NCBI GenBank assembly: GCA_963713865.1
Contig: OY970208.1
Location: forward strand, 2,176,001-2,240,000
Source of the DNA: an uncultured candidate division Zixibacteria bacterium
GTDB taxonomy: Bacteria > Zixibacteria > MSB-5A5 > RBG-16-43-9
Direction of reading: 5' to 3'
DNA length: 64,000 bases
Position 1 is the stretch's first letter. Every line of letters starts with the position of its first letter. Shown here in pieces: positions 10,255-19,667 of the stretch. Made by a program: the position numbers and the translations under genes. Below the pieces are notes generated by a model. The model had not been told where the DNA came from. It did no database searches and worked only from the letters and a program-made list of their open reading frames with translations.

Positions 10255-11562
10255 TTATTTTCTTTTCCTTTTTACTACCTTTACTTTTTTGCCTTTAGGT
10301 TTCTTCTTGGTTACAAATTCTCTTGGGTCAACTATTTCCCCGGCAACTGCAGCTGCAACTGCGGTAGCGGGTGAAGCAAGATAGATAAACCCTTCAGGAT
10401 TACCCATCCTCCCTTTGAAATTCCGGTTCATAGTGGAAATACAGCTTTCCCCATCGCCTAAAATCCCTTCATGAACCCCTACACAGGGACCACATCCCGG
10501 AGCTAAGATTGCAGCTCCAAATTCCACTAACTCACGGATATATCCCTTCTTCAGTGCTTCTAAGAAAACCGCCTTTGATGCTGGGACAATTATGAACCTG
10601 GTCTTTTGATTTTTCTTCCTCCCTTTGATTATCTGGCAGGCAACTTCTAAATCTTCTAACCTTCCATTGGTGCATGTTCCCAAAAATACCTGGTCTATCT
10701 TTATCCCTATTGCTTGGTCAATCGGCTTGGTATTATCAACTGTATGCGGGAAAGAGATAGTAGGAACAAGCCTTGAACCATCGATTTTTATCATCCGCTC
10801 ATAAATAGCATTCTCATCCCCTTTAAGGACCTTGAATTTACTTGCTCTCCCATGCTCTTTCAAGAATTTTTCTGTTATTTTATCAGACCCTATTAAACCC
10901 GCCTTCGCACCTGCTTCTATCGCCATATTGGAAAGGGTCATTCGACTACTCATCGACATATTCTCAATAGTATCCCCGGTGAACTCTAACGATTTGTAAG
11001 TAGCTCCATCTGCTCCAATTAAACCTATCAGGTATAAAATTAAATCTTTGGAATAAACTCCAGGCTGGAACTCTCCTGTAACCTCAATCTTGAAGGTCTC
11101 AGGAACCCTGAGCCAGGTCTTGCCTAAGGCAATACCGATAGCCACATCAGTTGAGCCCATTCCAGTAGAAAAAGCTGCCATTGCTCCACCGGTGCAGGTA
11201 TGAGAATCAGCTCCGATCAGGATTTCACCTGGATTGAGGTATGATTCAAATATTATCTGATGGCAGATCCCCATCCCCACGTCCGAAACCTGACAGCCGG
11301 TCTTCTCTGCAAATTTCCTGATGGTCATATGGTCGTTGGAAAGCTCTTTCCTGGGAGAAGGGGCAGAATGGTCGATGAACAAGACTGTCCTTTTAGGATG
11401 AGCTGCTTTTTCCAAATTTATTTTCTGTAATTGTCTTATCGCTAAAGGTGCAGTCCCATCCTGCATTAGACAGACATCCACCTGCACCAGGACTATCTCT
11501 CCAGCTTTTACTTCTCTGCCAGCATGTTTACCGATTATTTTTTCAGCTAAGGTTTTACCCAT
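10255..11562 (-). CDS. 3-isopropylmalate dehydratase/homoaconitase large-subunit family
   Basis: GICHQ, GADSHTCT, GTCTNGR, PGCGPCVG, NRNFKGRMG, YLASPA. Confidence 0.93.
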   Translation of the reverse strand: MGKTLAEKIIGKHAGREVKAGEIVLVQVDVCLMQDGTAPLAIRQLQKINLEKAAHPKRTVLFIDHSAPSPRKELSNDHMTIRKFAEKTGCQVSDVGMGICHQIIFESYLNPGEILIGADSHTCTGGAMAAFSTGMGSTDVAIGIALGKTWLRVPETFKIEVTGEFQPGVYSKDLILYLIGLIGADGATYKSLEFTGDTIENMSMSSRMTLSNMAIEAGAKAGLIGSDKITEKFLKEHGRASKFKVLKGDENAIYERMIKIDGSRLVPTISFPHTVDNTKPIDQAIGIKIDQVFLGTCTNGRLEDLEVACQIIKGRKKNQKTRFIIVPASKAVFLEALKKGYIRELVEFGAAILAPGCGPCVGVHEGILGDGESCISTMNRNFKGRMGNPEGFIYLASPATAVAAAVAGEIVDPREFVTKKKPKGKKVKVVKRKRK

Positions 11563-11734
11563 TTTGTTCCTCTCTGTTCTCTATTTGATATTTGATAACA
11601 ACTTAAATCTGCTTTTGGATGTGTAATTTAAAATAAAAATGGTTTAAAGTCAACTTTTTTTGTGAGATTTTTCGGGGAATAAATTGGAGTATAAACCTTT
11701 AGGTTTATTAGTAAAGCTAAAGCTTTACACTCTA

Positions 11735-11768
11735 GAAAAACAATCGGGCAACCATAGGTTGCCCGATT
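11735..11768 (-). terminator. Rho-independent terminator after citrate synthase
   Basis: 12-bp stem AATCGGGCAACC/GGTTGCCCGATT followed by GTTTTT on the minus strand. Confidence 0.7.
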
Positions 11769-11788
11769 TATCTTTCCCTGTCTACTAT

Positions 11789-13093
11789 CTACTTACCTAC
11801 TACATTCTTCTTAATCCATTCAGTAGTCACCGACTTTGGCCGCTCAATTGGAAAGCCCAAACCTCTATCCCAGATAAGTTGCGCTAAAACACCCATCGCC
11901 CGTGAAACTCCGAACAGAACCGTGTAGAAATCATATTCCCTGACCCCGTAATACCACTGCAATACCCCTGAATGTGCATCCACGTTGGGCCAGGGATTTT
12001 TGGCTTTACCATGCTTCGTCAAAATATCAGGCGCAACTTCATAGATCATACTGACTAATTTGAAAAGCTCATCATCCGGCATATGCTTCAGGGCAAATTC
12101 TCTCTGAGCAGTATACCTTGGGTCTGTCTTTCTTAAAACCGCATGTCCGTATCCGGGTATAACCTGCCCGCTATTCAATGTATCCCATAAAGCTTTGGAA
12201 AGTTCTTCCTTGGTAGGGAGCTTCCCGCCTAATTTCTTCATCAGATTCTGAATCCAGCGTAAAACCTCCTGATTAGCCAAGCCATGTAAAGGACCAGCCA
12301 ATCCATTCATACCAGCGGAAAGTGAGTAAAAAGGATCAGACAAAGCGGAGCCAACCAGATGAGTAGTATGTGCGCTGACATTTCCACCTTCATGGTCGCA
12401 GTGCAAAACCAGATATAATCTCATCAGGTCATAGTATTCTGGATTATCAATTCCCATCATACGGGCAAAATTTGCACCCCAATCCAGTTTATTATCTGCG
12501 GGAACTCTTTTACCGTCTTTGTAAGTTCGGCGATAAATATAAGCAGCAATAGCTGGGAGCTTTGCCAGAAGATTCATCGTATCCTCATAGGTAGGATCCC
12601 AGTAATCAGCTTTTGGTATACCCTGATCATATTTATTAGCAAATAAAGATGCGGTCTGAAGGGAAAGGATACCAATAGAAAACTGCGTCATAGGATGCAT
12701 ATTTTTGGGAAGTGCATCCAGAATCTTCCAGGTTTCCTCGGAAACATTTCCTCGGCTCTGCCATTCTTTGGTTACTTCCCTGACATCATCCTCGGTAGGA
12801 AGCTCACCGGTTAGAAGAAGCCAGAAGATTCCTTCCGGCAAGGGTTCTTCCCCACCAGCTGCTTTAGGTAATTTTTCACTAACTTCCGGGATGCTATATC
12901 CACGAAACCTGATCCCTTCCATAGGGTCAAGCAAAGAGGTTTCCCAAACCATACATTTTATACCCCTCATCCCACCGTAAGCTTGCTCAACCGTCGCTTC
13001 AGAAATAACCTTAGCTCCGTACTCCTTTACCAGAGATTTGATCTCGCTCTGTGTCTCTTTAATTTTGTTTATCAGTTTCTCTTTTAAGGGCAT
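11789..13093 (-). CDS. gltA: Citrate (Si)-synthase, eukaryotic/mitochondrial type
   Basis: [63 protein letters not shown]. Confidence 0.96.
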   Translation of the reverse strand: MPLKEKLINKIKETQSEIKSLVKEYGAKVISEATVEQAYGGMRGIKCMVWETSLLDPMEGIRFRGYSIPEVSEKLPKAAGGEEPLPEGIFWLLLTGELPTEDDVREVTKEWQSRGNVSEETWKILDALPKNMHPMTQFSIGILSLQTASLFANKYDQGIPKADYWDPTYEDTMNLLAKLPAIAAYIYRRTYKDGKRVPADNKLDWGANFARMMGIDNPEYYDLMRLYLVLHCDHEGGNVSAHTTHLVGSALSDPFYSLSAGMNGLAGPLHGLANQEVLRWIQNLMKKLGGKLPTKEELSKALWDTLNSGQVIPGYGHAVLRKTDPRYTAQREFALKHMPDDELFKLVSMIYEVAPDILTKHGKAKNPWPNVDAHSGVLQWYYGVREYDFYTVLFGVSRAMGVLAQLIWDRGLGFPIERPKSVTTEWIKKNVVGK

Positions 13094-13214
13094 ATCAGTT
13101 CCTCCTGTTTAATTATTTTTTAATATGGAGTGTATCCACCTAAGCCGGATAGCTTTACCTTTCAACCTTGTGAATTTTTTCACTATAATATAAATATAAA
13201 AAATATACCGTCAA

Positions 13215-13619
13215 CTATTTTCTACCAAAAAAGAAATCTATCTCTATCTTTGCATTTTCATTGGAATCTGAAGCATGTACCGAGTTATGGCAGATATCCA
13301 GTCCAAAATCAGCTCTTACTGTTCCTTTCTCTGCTTTTTTAGGGTCTGTAGCACCAATAAGTTTTCTAAGTTTTTCTACCGCCTTTTCTCTTTTCAGCCA
13401 GGTTACCACTATCTTACCGGAGGAGATATAATCAACTAATTCCTGGTAAAACGGTTTACCTTTGTGTACCTGATAGAATCTACCACCTTCTTCCGGAGAG
13501 ACTTTAAGCATTTTGAGCCCTTCGATCCTGAAGCCATCAGCCTCCACCCTTTTTAATATCTCACCAATTATATCTCTGTTAACAGCATCCGGTTTAATAA
13601 TTAAAAGCGTCTGTTCCAA
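13215..13619 (-). CDS. ndk: Nucleoside diphosphate kinase
   Basis: TLLIIKPDAV, GTVRADFG, NSVHASDS; TTG start at 13619 after AGGAGG. Confidence 0.95.
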   Translation of the reverse strand: MEQTLLIIKPDAVNRDIIGEILKRVEADGFRIEGLKMLKVSPEEGGRFYQVHKGKPFYQELVDYISSGKIVVTWLKREKAVEKLRKLIGATDPKKAEKGTVRADFGLDICHNSVHASDSNENAKIEIDFFFGRK

Positions 13620-13756
13620 AACTCCTCCTCTCAGTCTTGTAATTCGATTTTCTGTTTCTGTCAGGTCCACTGACCTGATAGATAAAATTTCTAAGATTAT
13701 AACTTGCCAGGTCAGGGGACCTGGCAATCACGGCCATCTGCTTTGAGCAGAACCTG

Positions 13757-14344
13757 CTACTTTGGCTTTTTCCTTTTTCTTTTTTGTTTATTCGCCAGCT
13801 CAAATCCCAACTCTACTGCTTTCAGGTTCAAATCCAGCATCGCCTTGGGAGATTTACTTTTAACTGCCTCGATAAACGATTCTTTCGAGACTATTTTGGT
13901 CAAGGAGACAATGACTCCCAGGGCTATTATATTGGCAACCACCGGAGTACCTAAGTTCTCCTTGGCAGTTTTAGTTAAAGGGAGGCTGATTATCTCTCTG
14001 GCTGGTGGCTGATCCACCAAACCTGAGTCAACTATTAATATACCTTCATCCTTCAGGTTAAGATAATAGGTATCGCAGGCTTCCTGGGTTAAAGCTAAAA
14101 GCAAATCCAATTTTAAAGCTTTGGGGTAATAGATCTCTCCTGAGCTGAAAACTATATCCGAGCGGCTAGCACCACCCCGTGCTTCAGGTCCGTAACTCTG
14201 GGTCTGGGCAACGTTTTTATCCTCATATATTCCTAAAGCCTCAGCTAAGATTGTTCCGGCAAAAACCAACCCCTGGCCACCGGAGCCGGACAGCCTTATA
14301 TCGTATCTATCCTCATAATCAACATCCATCTTCCTGACTTTCAT
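13757..14344 (-). CDS. korC: 2-oxoacid:ferredoxin oxidoreductase gamma subunit (copy 1)
   Basis: GSGGQG, SYGPEARGG; start probably ATG 14344. Confidence 0.9.
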   Translation of the reverse strand: MKVRKMDVDYEDRYDIRLSGSGGQGLVFAGTILAEALGIYEDKNVAQTQSYGPEARGGASRSDIVFSSGEIYYPKALKLDLLLALTQEACDTYYLNLKDEGILIVDSGLVDQPPAREIISLPLTKTAKENLGTPVVANIIALGVIVSLTKIVSKESFIEAVKSKSPKAMLDLNLKAVELGFELANKQKRKRKKPK

Positions 14345-14354
14345 ATCAAATCCT

Positions 14355-15197
14355 TTACTTGGAAGCTTCTGGCTGAGACTGGAATTGAGCAATCACCTTA
14401 TCATACTCCTCGCAATATTCCGGGAAATCCACATCCCAGAGCACGCCTATCAAAAATTTATCTTTGAGTTTATCTGGTGGAAGTTTGGCAGCCGCTTGAA
14501 TCGGGATGGCATGCTCTTTCTGCCATTCCATCATCTTGACTGCGGTCCCTTCCTTGTTAAGCCTTCCGTAAAAAGTATGGCAGTGGCTGATAACCTCAAC
14601 CAGGGAAAAACCCTTTTTCACAATCGCCTGCTGAATTAGTTTCTCCAGTAAAGTCACATGATAGACCGTTCCGCGGGCAACAAAAGTCGCTCCAGCAGAT
14701 TTAGCCAAACTACAGATATCAAAATCCCTCTCACGATTTCCATAAGGAGCAGTTGTCCCTATCTTCATAAAAGGGGTAGTGGGCGAATATTGACCACCGG
14801 TCATCCCGTAAATACTGTTATTTATCAGAATAGTAGTGATATCTATATTCCTTCTGCAGGTATGGATAAAATGGTTACCGCCGATAGCCAAACCGTCCCC
14901 ATCTCCGGTTATGACCATTACCTTAAGCTTCGGGTTAGCTAATTTCACCCCGGTAGCAAACGCTAAAGCCCGGCCGTGAGTAGTATGCAGGGTATTGAAA
15001 TCCACATAAACCGGCATCCGGCTGGAACAGCCGATCCCTGAGACCATAGCCACATCATCCCGGTTTAATTTCAAACTATCTATCGCCCGGATAATTGCCC
15101 CTAAGGCTATACCTATACCACATCCAGCACACCAGACATTGGGAAACTTCTTTTTTGTGCGTAAATAATGATGAGTAACTTTAGGCATAGTTTCCAT
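14355..15197 (-). CDS. korB: 2-oxoacid:ferredoxin oxidoreductase beta subunit (copy 1)
   Basis: WCAGCG, SGIGCSS, HGRA, GDGD, NNSIYGMTGGQYSPT (TPP binding). Confidence 0.93.
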   Translation of the reverse strand: METMPKVTHHYLRTKKKFPNVWCAGCGIGIALGAIIRAIDSLKLNRDDVAMVSGIGCSSRMPVYVDFNTLHTTHGRALAFATGVKLANPKLKVMVITGDGDGLAIGGNHFIHTCRRNIDITTILINNSIYGMTGGQYSPTTPFMKIGTTAPYGNRERDFDICSLAKSAGATFVARGTVYHVTLLEKLIQQAIVKKGFSLVEVISHCHTFYGRLNKEGTAVKMMEWQKEHAIPIQAAAKLPPDKLKDKFLIGVLWDVDFPEYCEEYDKVIAQFQSQPEASK

Positions 15198-15199
15198 AT

Positions 15200-16339
15200 C
15201 TATCTAACCTCCCTGATCTTGGCAAAGATCTGTTCCGGGGTTAAGATATCACCATCAAATCTGTTCAGACCATAGATTTTGGCTTTTCCACAATTGGTCC
15301 GCATAACTTCTCCTATTAACTGCCCCTGGTTCAGCTCTGCCACGATTATTATCTCTAACTGTTCTGACATCTGTTCCATATAGATATCCGGGAATGGCCA
15401 GATCGTCAAAGGCTGGATTAAGCCTACTCTGATTCTTTTATGCTGAGCCATCCTGATTGCTTGTCGGGCTGCCCGGGCAACGATCCCGTAAGCGAAAACC
15501 GCAATGGTAGCCTCTTCCATAAATTCTTCTTCCACCTGCACTATGTCGTTCACGTTATGCATTATCTTTTTCTCTAATTTATCCAGCTTAGCCTGTATCT
15601 CTTCTGAACGAGAGGTGGGAAACCCGAGCGGGTCATGGGTTAACCCGGTTACATTATACCGGTAACCTTCGCCAAAGCTTGCCATAGGCGAGACGAAATG
15701 AGGATTTATCTCAAAATGCTGATACCATTCGGGTGGAACCGTTGGCTTCATCCGGTTAAAAACTTTGATCCCTGCTGGATCTGGTAGAATTATCTTCTCC
15801 CGCATATGTCCTAAAACCTCATCCATAAGGAGAATCACCGGAGTCCTGTATTTCTCCGACAGATTAAAAGCCCTGACCGTCAGCTCAAAACATTGCCTGA
15901 CAGAAGAAGGAGCTAAAGCAATAGAATGATAATCCCCGTGAGTGCCCCATCTTGCCTGCATCGTATCAGACTGTGAGACTTTAGTAGGAAGTCCGGTAGA
16001 GGGACCTCCCCTCTGTACATCCACTATCACGCAGGGAACCTCAGCCATATAGGCATAGCCAAGATTTTCCTGCATCAAGGAAAATCCTGGACCGGATGTT
16101 GCGGTCATTGCTTTTGCCCCGGCAATAGAAGCTCCTATAACTGCGGCTATGCTGGCTATCTCATCCTCCATCTGGATGAACTTGCCACCCCGGCGGGGGA
16201 GATTCCTGGCCAAATACTCAGCGATCTCTGTGGAAGGGGTAATCGGATAGCCGCCAAAGAAATTAACTCCTGCAGCTAAAGCTCCTAATGCACAGGCTTC
16301 ATTCCCCTGGATAAGCTGTGCCTTCTGATTTTGATTCAT
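15200..16339 (-). CDS. korA: 2-oxoacid:ferredoxin oxidoreductase alpha subunit (copy 1)
   Basis: GYPITPSTE, QMEDE, TSGPGFSLMQE, RGGPSTGLPT. Confidence 0.93.
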   Translation of the reverse strand: MNQNQKAQLIQGNEACALGALAAGVNFFGGYPITPSTEIAEYLARNLPRRGGKFIQMEDEIASIAAVIGASIAGAKAMTATSGPGFSLMQENLGYAYMAEVPCVIVDVQRGGPSTGLPTKVSQSDTMQARWGTHGDYHSIALAPSSVRQCFELTVRAFNLSEKYRTPVILLMDEVLGHMREKIILPDPAGIKVFNRMKPTVPPEWYQHFEINPHFVSPMASFGEGYRYNVTGLTHDPLGFPTSRSEEIQAKLDKLEKKIMHNVNDIVQVEEEFMEEATIAVFAYGIVARAARQAIRMAQHKRIRVGLIQPLTIWPFPDIYMEQMSEQLEIIIVAELNQGQLIGEVMRTNCGKAKIYGLNRFDGDILTPEQIFAKIREVR

Positions 16340-16360
16340 CTTCTTTAATCCTTATAATCT

Positions 16361-16672
16361 CTAAGATTTTCCTTCCTTAAGCTCTTTGGGCTTAACGGTT
16401 ATAGCGAAATCCGGACATCTCAACTCGCACATTCTGCATTGAGTGCATTTTTCCGGGATCAATACTGGAAGCCCATCCTTGTTAGCTACCAGAGCTCCTG
16501 TGGGGCAAAAAGATATACAGATATTGCATCTTTTACACCAGGCTGCGAAGACGTGGACTTTTTCTTCTTTTTCTTCCTCTTTTGTAATCCTGGTTATTTC
16601 TGGTTTCTTTATGTTTTCTTTTTTTGTATTTTCAGTCAAATTCTCTTCTTCCTCCTTATCCTGAATACGCAA
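16361..16672 (-). CDS. korD: 2-oxoacid:ferredoxin oxidoreductase delta subunit (2x[4Fe-4S])
   Basis: CKRCNICISFCP and CTQCRMCELRCPDFAI. Confidence 0.88.
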   Translation of the reverse strand: MRIQDKEEEENLTENTKKENIKKPEITRITKEEEKEEKVHVFAAWCKRCNICISFCPTGALVANKDGLPVLIPEKCTQCRMCELRCPDFAITVKPKELKEGKS

Positions 16673-16685
16673 GCTGGAAAAAAAT

Positions 16686-16730
16686 CTTGACTTTTTCAGG
16701 TATATATGCTAAACTTAGTAAAAAGTCAAG
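16686..16730. promoter_or_regulatory. Overlapping divergent sigma70-type promoters for korDABC and hdrCB
   Basis: Plus: TTGACT-N17-TAAACT (16687-16715). Minus: TTGACT-N17-TATATA (16729-16701). The ends form an 11-bp inverted repeat. Confidence 0.65.
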
Positions 16731-17198
16731 GTGATTCTGATGAAATCCGTCAACTTCAAATTCAGACATAAACTCAATACTATTATCGGTGGAGATGCTC
16801 ATAACTTTTGTTATCAATGCGGCGCCTGCGTGGGAGATTGCCCTGCCGCTCTATACTCACCAGCTTTTAATCCCAGAAATATCCTGCTTATGGCTCTTTT
16901 AGGGGATGAGGAATCTTTAGTTGGACCTGATTCAATAATCTGGGACTGTACCAACTGTAATACCTGCTATGAACGGTGTCCGCAGGCTGTAAGACCGGTA
17001 GAAGTCATAATCGCTTTGAAAAACATCTGTTTTGAAAGAGGAACCAACCCTCCGGAGGTTAAATCTATTCTGGACAGTGTTAAAGAAAGCGGCAGAACCG
17101 TAAAAGAAAGCTCTCTTTCTGAGAGAAGAAGAAAAGAGTTGGGTTTAAAAGAAATAACTATAGTACCATTGGAGGAGCTGAAGAAGTTATTGGAATGA
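16731..17198 (+). CDS. hdrC: Heterodisulfide reductase subunit C-like
   Basis: CYQCGACVGDCP and IWDCTNCNTCYERCPQ. Confidence 0.9.
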   Translation: MILMKSVNFKFRHKLNTIIGGDAHNFCYQCGACVGDCPAALYSPAFNPRNILLMALLGDEESLVGPDSIIWDCTNCNTCYERCPQAVRPVEVIIALKNICFERGTNPPEVKSILDSVKESGRTVKESSLSERRRKELGLKEITIVPLEELKKLLE

Positions 17199-17269
17199 TG
17201 GATTAGCCTGTAGCAAGTAGCTTGTAGCTTTTTAACGGTCACGAGCAACGGTCAACGAGGAACGTTTTT

Positions 17270-18136
17270 ATGAAGTATGCTCCTTTTTTCGGTTGTATGA
17301 TCTCCGTCAAATACCCCCAGATGGAAGCCTCTGTTCGAAAGACTATGGCAAATTTAGGGATTGAGCTGGTAGATCTGGAAGGTTTCTCCTGCTGTCCTGA
17401 TCCCATATATTTCAAAGCTACGGACAAGCTTATCTGGATGACCTTAGCCGCCAGGAATATAACCATAGCTGAGGAAGCCGGACTTGATCTGGTAACAATG
17501 TGCTCAGGTTGTACTGCTACTTTATCTGAGGTGAATTTTCATCTTAAACACGACCCAGAGCTGAAGGAAAAAGTAAACCAGAAACTAAAGAAAATAGGAA
17601 AAGAATATAAGGGAACGATCTCAGTCCGGCATATAGTAACGGTTTTAAGGGATGACTTAGGAATCAGCAAAGTAAAATCCTCAGTTAAAAAGCCATTGAA
17701 TTTAAAAGTAGCTATCCATTACGGCTGTCACCTTTTAAAACCGAGTGAGATAATGAGAGTGGATGACCCGGACCATCCCACTATCCTGGAAAACCTATTT
17801 GAAGCCACCGGAGCAGAGACCATAAAACATGAAAAACAGGTCCTATGCTGTGGCAAAGCCTGTACGCACGAGGAAATCCCGGAGAAGATGACCTTAGACG
17901 TTTTAAGCTCAATCAAAAAATCCGGGGCTGACTGCATGGGATTGATCTGCCCCACCTGTTTTGACGAGTTCGATTTAGGACAGATAAAACTTTCAAGAAA
18001 ATTCTCAGTCGATTTAAATGTTCCCATAATCTATTACTTCCAGTTCTTAGGACTCTCCCAGGGGCTTTCGCCTGAAGATGTAGGCTTACATCTGCACAAG
18101 ACCAGAGTAGATGAGATGTTAAAAAAAATAACTTAA
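17270..18136 (+). CDS. hdrB: Heterodisulfide reductase subunit B-like (two CCG domains)
   Basis: FFGC, SCCP, LAARNI, CSGC, HYGCHLLKP, LCCG, CPTC. Confidence 0.92.
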   Translation: MKYAPFFGCMISVKYPQMEASVRKTMANLGIELVDLEGFSCCPDPIYFKATDKLIWMTLAARNITIAEEAGLDLVTMCSGCTATLSEVNFHLKHDPELKEKVNQKLKKIGKEYKGTISVRHIVTVLRDDLGISKVKSSVKKPLNLKVAIHYGCHLLKPSEIMRVDDPDHPTILENLFEATGAETIKHEKQVLCCGKACTHEEIPEKMTLDVLSSIKKSGADCMGLICPTCFDEFDLGQIKLSRKFSVDLNVPIIYYFQFLGLSQGLSPEDVGLHLHKTRVDEMLKKIT

Positions 18137-18251
18137 ACTCTGTAGAGACGCATCGAATGCGTCTTTTTTTATTTATATATTTCACGCTGGTTGTCCAATG
18201 GACGTCTACAACTTTGTTGGTGAAAACACTAACAAAGAGCAAAAGTTTTTT

Positions 18252-18300
18252 GTAGGGACGCATTGCAATCCGAATGGATCCATTCTGGATACGCCCCTAC
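18252..18300. repeat. GTAG...CTAC REP with a nested palindromic insert
   Basis: gtagggacgcattgcaAT[ccgaatggatccattctgg]ATacgcccctac; compare insert-free copies at 10193 and 22629. Confidence 0.75.
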
Positions 18301-18320
18301 GGTATCAAAAGAAGTGACCT

Positions 18321-19082
18321 ATGCTTGAGATAAAAACCATCTCTTCAGAAAACGTTACAGATCTTTATAACCTCTGTACTCCTCCCAAGGAGGATTATCA
18401 AAAAGCCTCAAAGGAATCAGCAGATTTCTTCTTAGAAAAACAAAAAGTTGGCTGGCAGGGATTAGTTCTGTATGACGGTCAAAACCCTGTAGGTCGGGCT
18501 GAATTCCATCCTTTAGAAGAATCCTTTAATGCCATCAGCGGAGATAATCTCTATTTTATTCCTTGCTTCTGGATAAAACCTGAATATGAGAAAAAAGGAT
18601 GTGGCAAAAGATTGATGGAGGAAGTATTAAAAATGACCCTTAACCGAAAAGGTGTAGCAACCGTTACCGCATCTGGCTGGATGCCCCAGGAATTTTTCTT
18701 AAAATTTGGTTTTGAAAAAATTCAGGAAAAGGGAACAGTTCAGCTTTTATTAAGAAAATTTCAGAGAGATGCTTCCTGTTACTGGTTCGGGCCATCCTTT
18801 ACACCGCAAAATCAAAAAGGGCGGATAAATGTCGATGTAATCTATAACCTGAGCTGTCCTTATATCGTAGCTAACTGGCGCAATTTAATAAGAAAAGCCA
18901 AAGAAATAACCGATAAACTCGAACTTAATATCTATCAGCAAAAAGATAGAAAAGATTTGGAAAGATATGGGGAGGCAAATATTTATATAGATGGAGAAGC
19001 ACCCTTTTACGGACCGGCAAGTGAAGAGGAGATCGAAAAGATAATCAAAGAGCACCTGAAGAGAAAAGGACTTCAGAAATAG
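18321..19082 (+). CDS. GNAT-family N-acetyltransferase with C-terminal extension
   Basis: CFWIKPEYEKKGCGKRLM (acetyl-CoA motif A), FFLKFGF. Confidence 0.75.
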   Translation: MLEIKTISSENVTDLYNLCTPPKEDYQKASKESADFFLEKQKVGWQGLVLYDGQNPVGRAEFHPLEESFNAISGDNLYFIPCFWIKPEYEKKGCGKRLMEEVLKMTLNRKGVATVTASGWMPQEFFLKFGFEKIQEKGTVQLLLRKFQRDASCYWFGPSFTPQNQKGRINVDVIYNLSCPYIVANWRNLIRKAKEITDKLELNIYQQKDRKDLERYGEANIYIDGEAPFYGPASEEEIEKIIKEHLKRKGLQK

Positions 19083-19146
19083 TTTTTGTAGGGGAGGGGT
19101 TCATCCCTTCCCGCTTTATATTCAGATTAGAATTCGGATAAAACGG

Positions 19147-19662
19147 ATGAATAAAAAAACAAAAATGGTTCTGATCGGAAATCAACTTATCGGCTTGGTC
19201 GGTTTGGATGAAATATTTGAGGAGCTTCTTAAAAAAGACCAGAAACCAAACGAGTCCATTCAAAATAAATTGCTCTCTTTAGCTCGAAAAGATAATTATA
19301 TCCCTTCAAAGCAAGAGAAAATTTATTCAGAAGCACTGCTCAGAGAGTATTCTATTTTTTATCAGAAAAAAATAGGTGGCTCTAAAGACGAAACCTCAGT
19401 TTATTGTGAAACCTGGCAGGGAATCCCCAGGGAAACCATCCCCTGGTATCCAACCGTATATGAAGAAAAATGTGATGGTTGTGAAAAATGTTATGATCTG
19501 TGCCCTCAGAAAGTCTATTTCTGGGAGGAGAAGATAAATAAGCCCAAGGTGATTAATCCATTCGCCTGTATAGTTGGCTGTTCTGCCTGTGCTGAGATCT
19601 GCAAACTGAAAGCCATCAGCTTCCCGCCCATAAGTATTCTGGATAACCTAAAATCCCATTGA
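19147..19662 (+). CDS. Ferredoxin-family protein with N-terminal helical domain
   Basis: WQGIPRETIPWYP, CDGCEKCYDLCP, CIVGCSACAEIC. Confidence 0.8.
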   Translation: MNKKTKMVLIGNQLIGLVGLDEIFEELLKKDQKPNESIQNKLLSLARKDNYIPSKQEKIYSEALLREYSIFYQKKIGGSKDETSVYCETWQGIPRETIPWYPTVYEEKCDGCEKCYDLCPQKVYFWEEKINKPKVINPFACIVGCSACAEICKLKAISFPPISILDNLKSH

Positions 19663-19667
19663 ACCAT

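Noticed and set aside
13620-13727. N-terminal extensions called for ndk, the small dehydratase subunit, sucD, permease, HicB-DinB, CCA enzyme, MBL hydrolase and ABC ATPase
   Set aside because: They run through repeats or neighbouring genes; downstream starts match family N-termini and often have an RBS.
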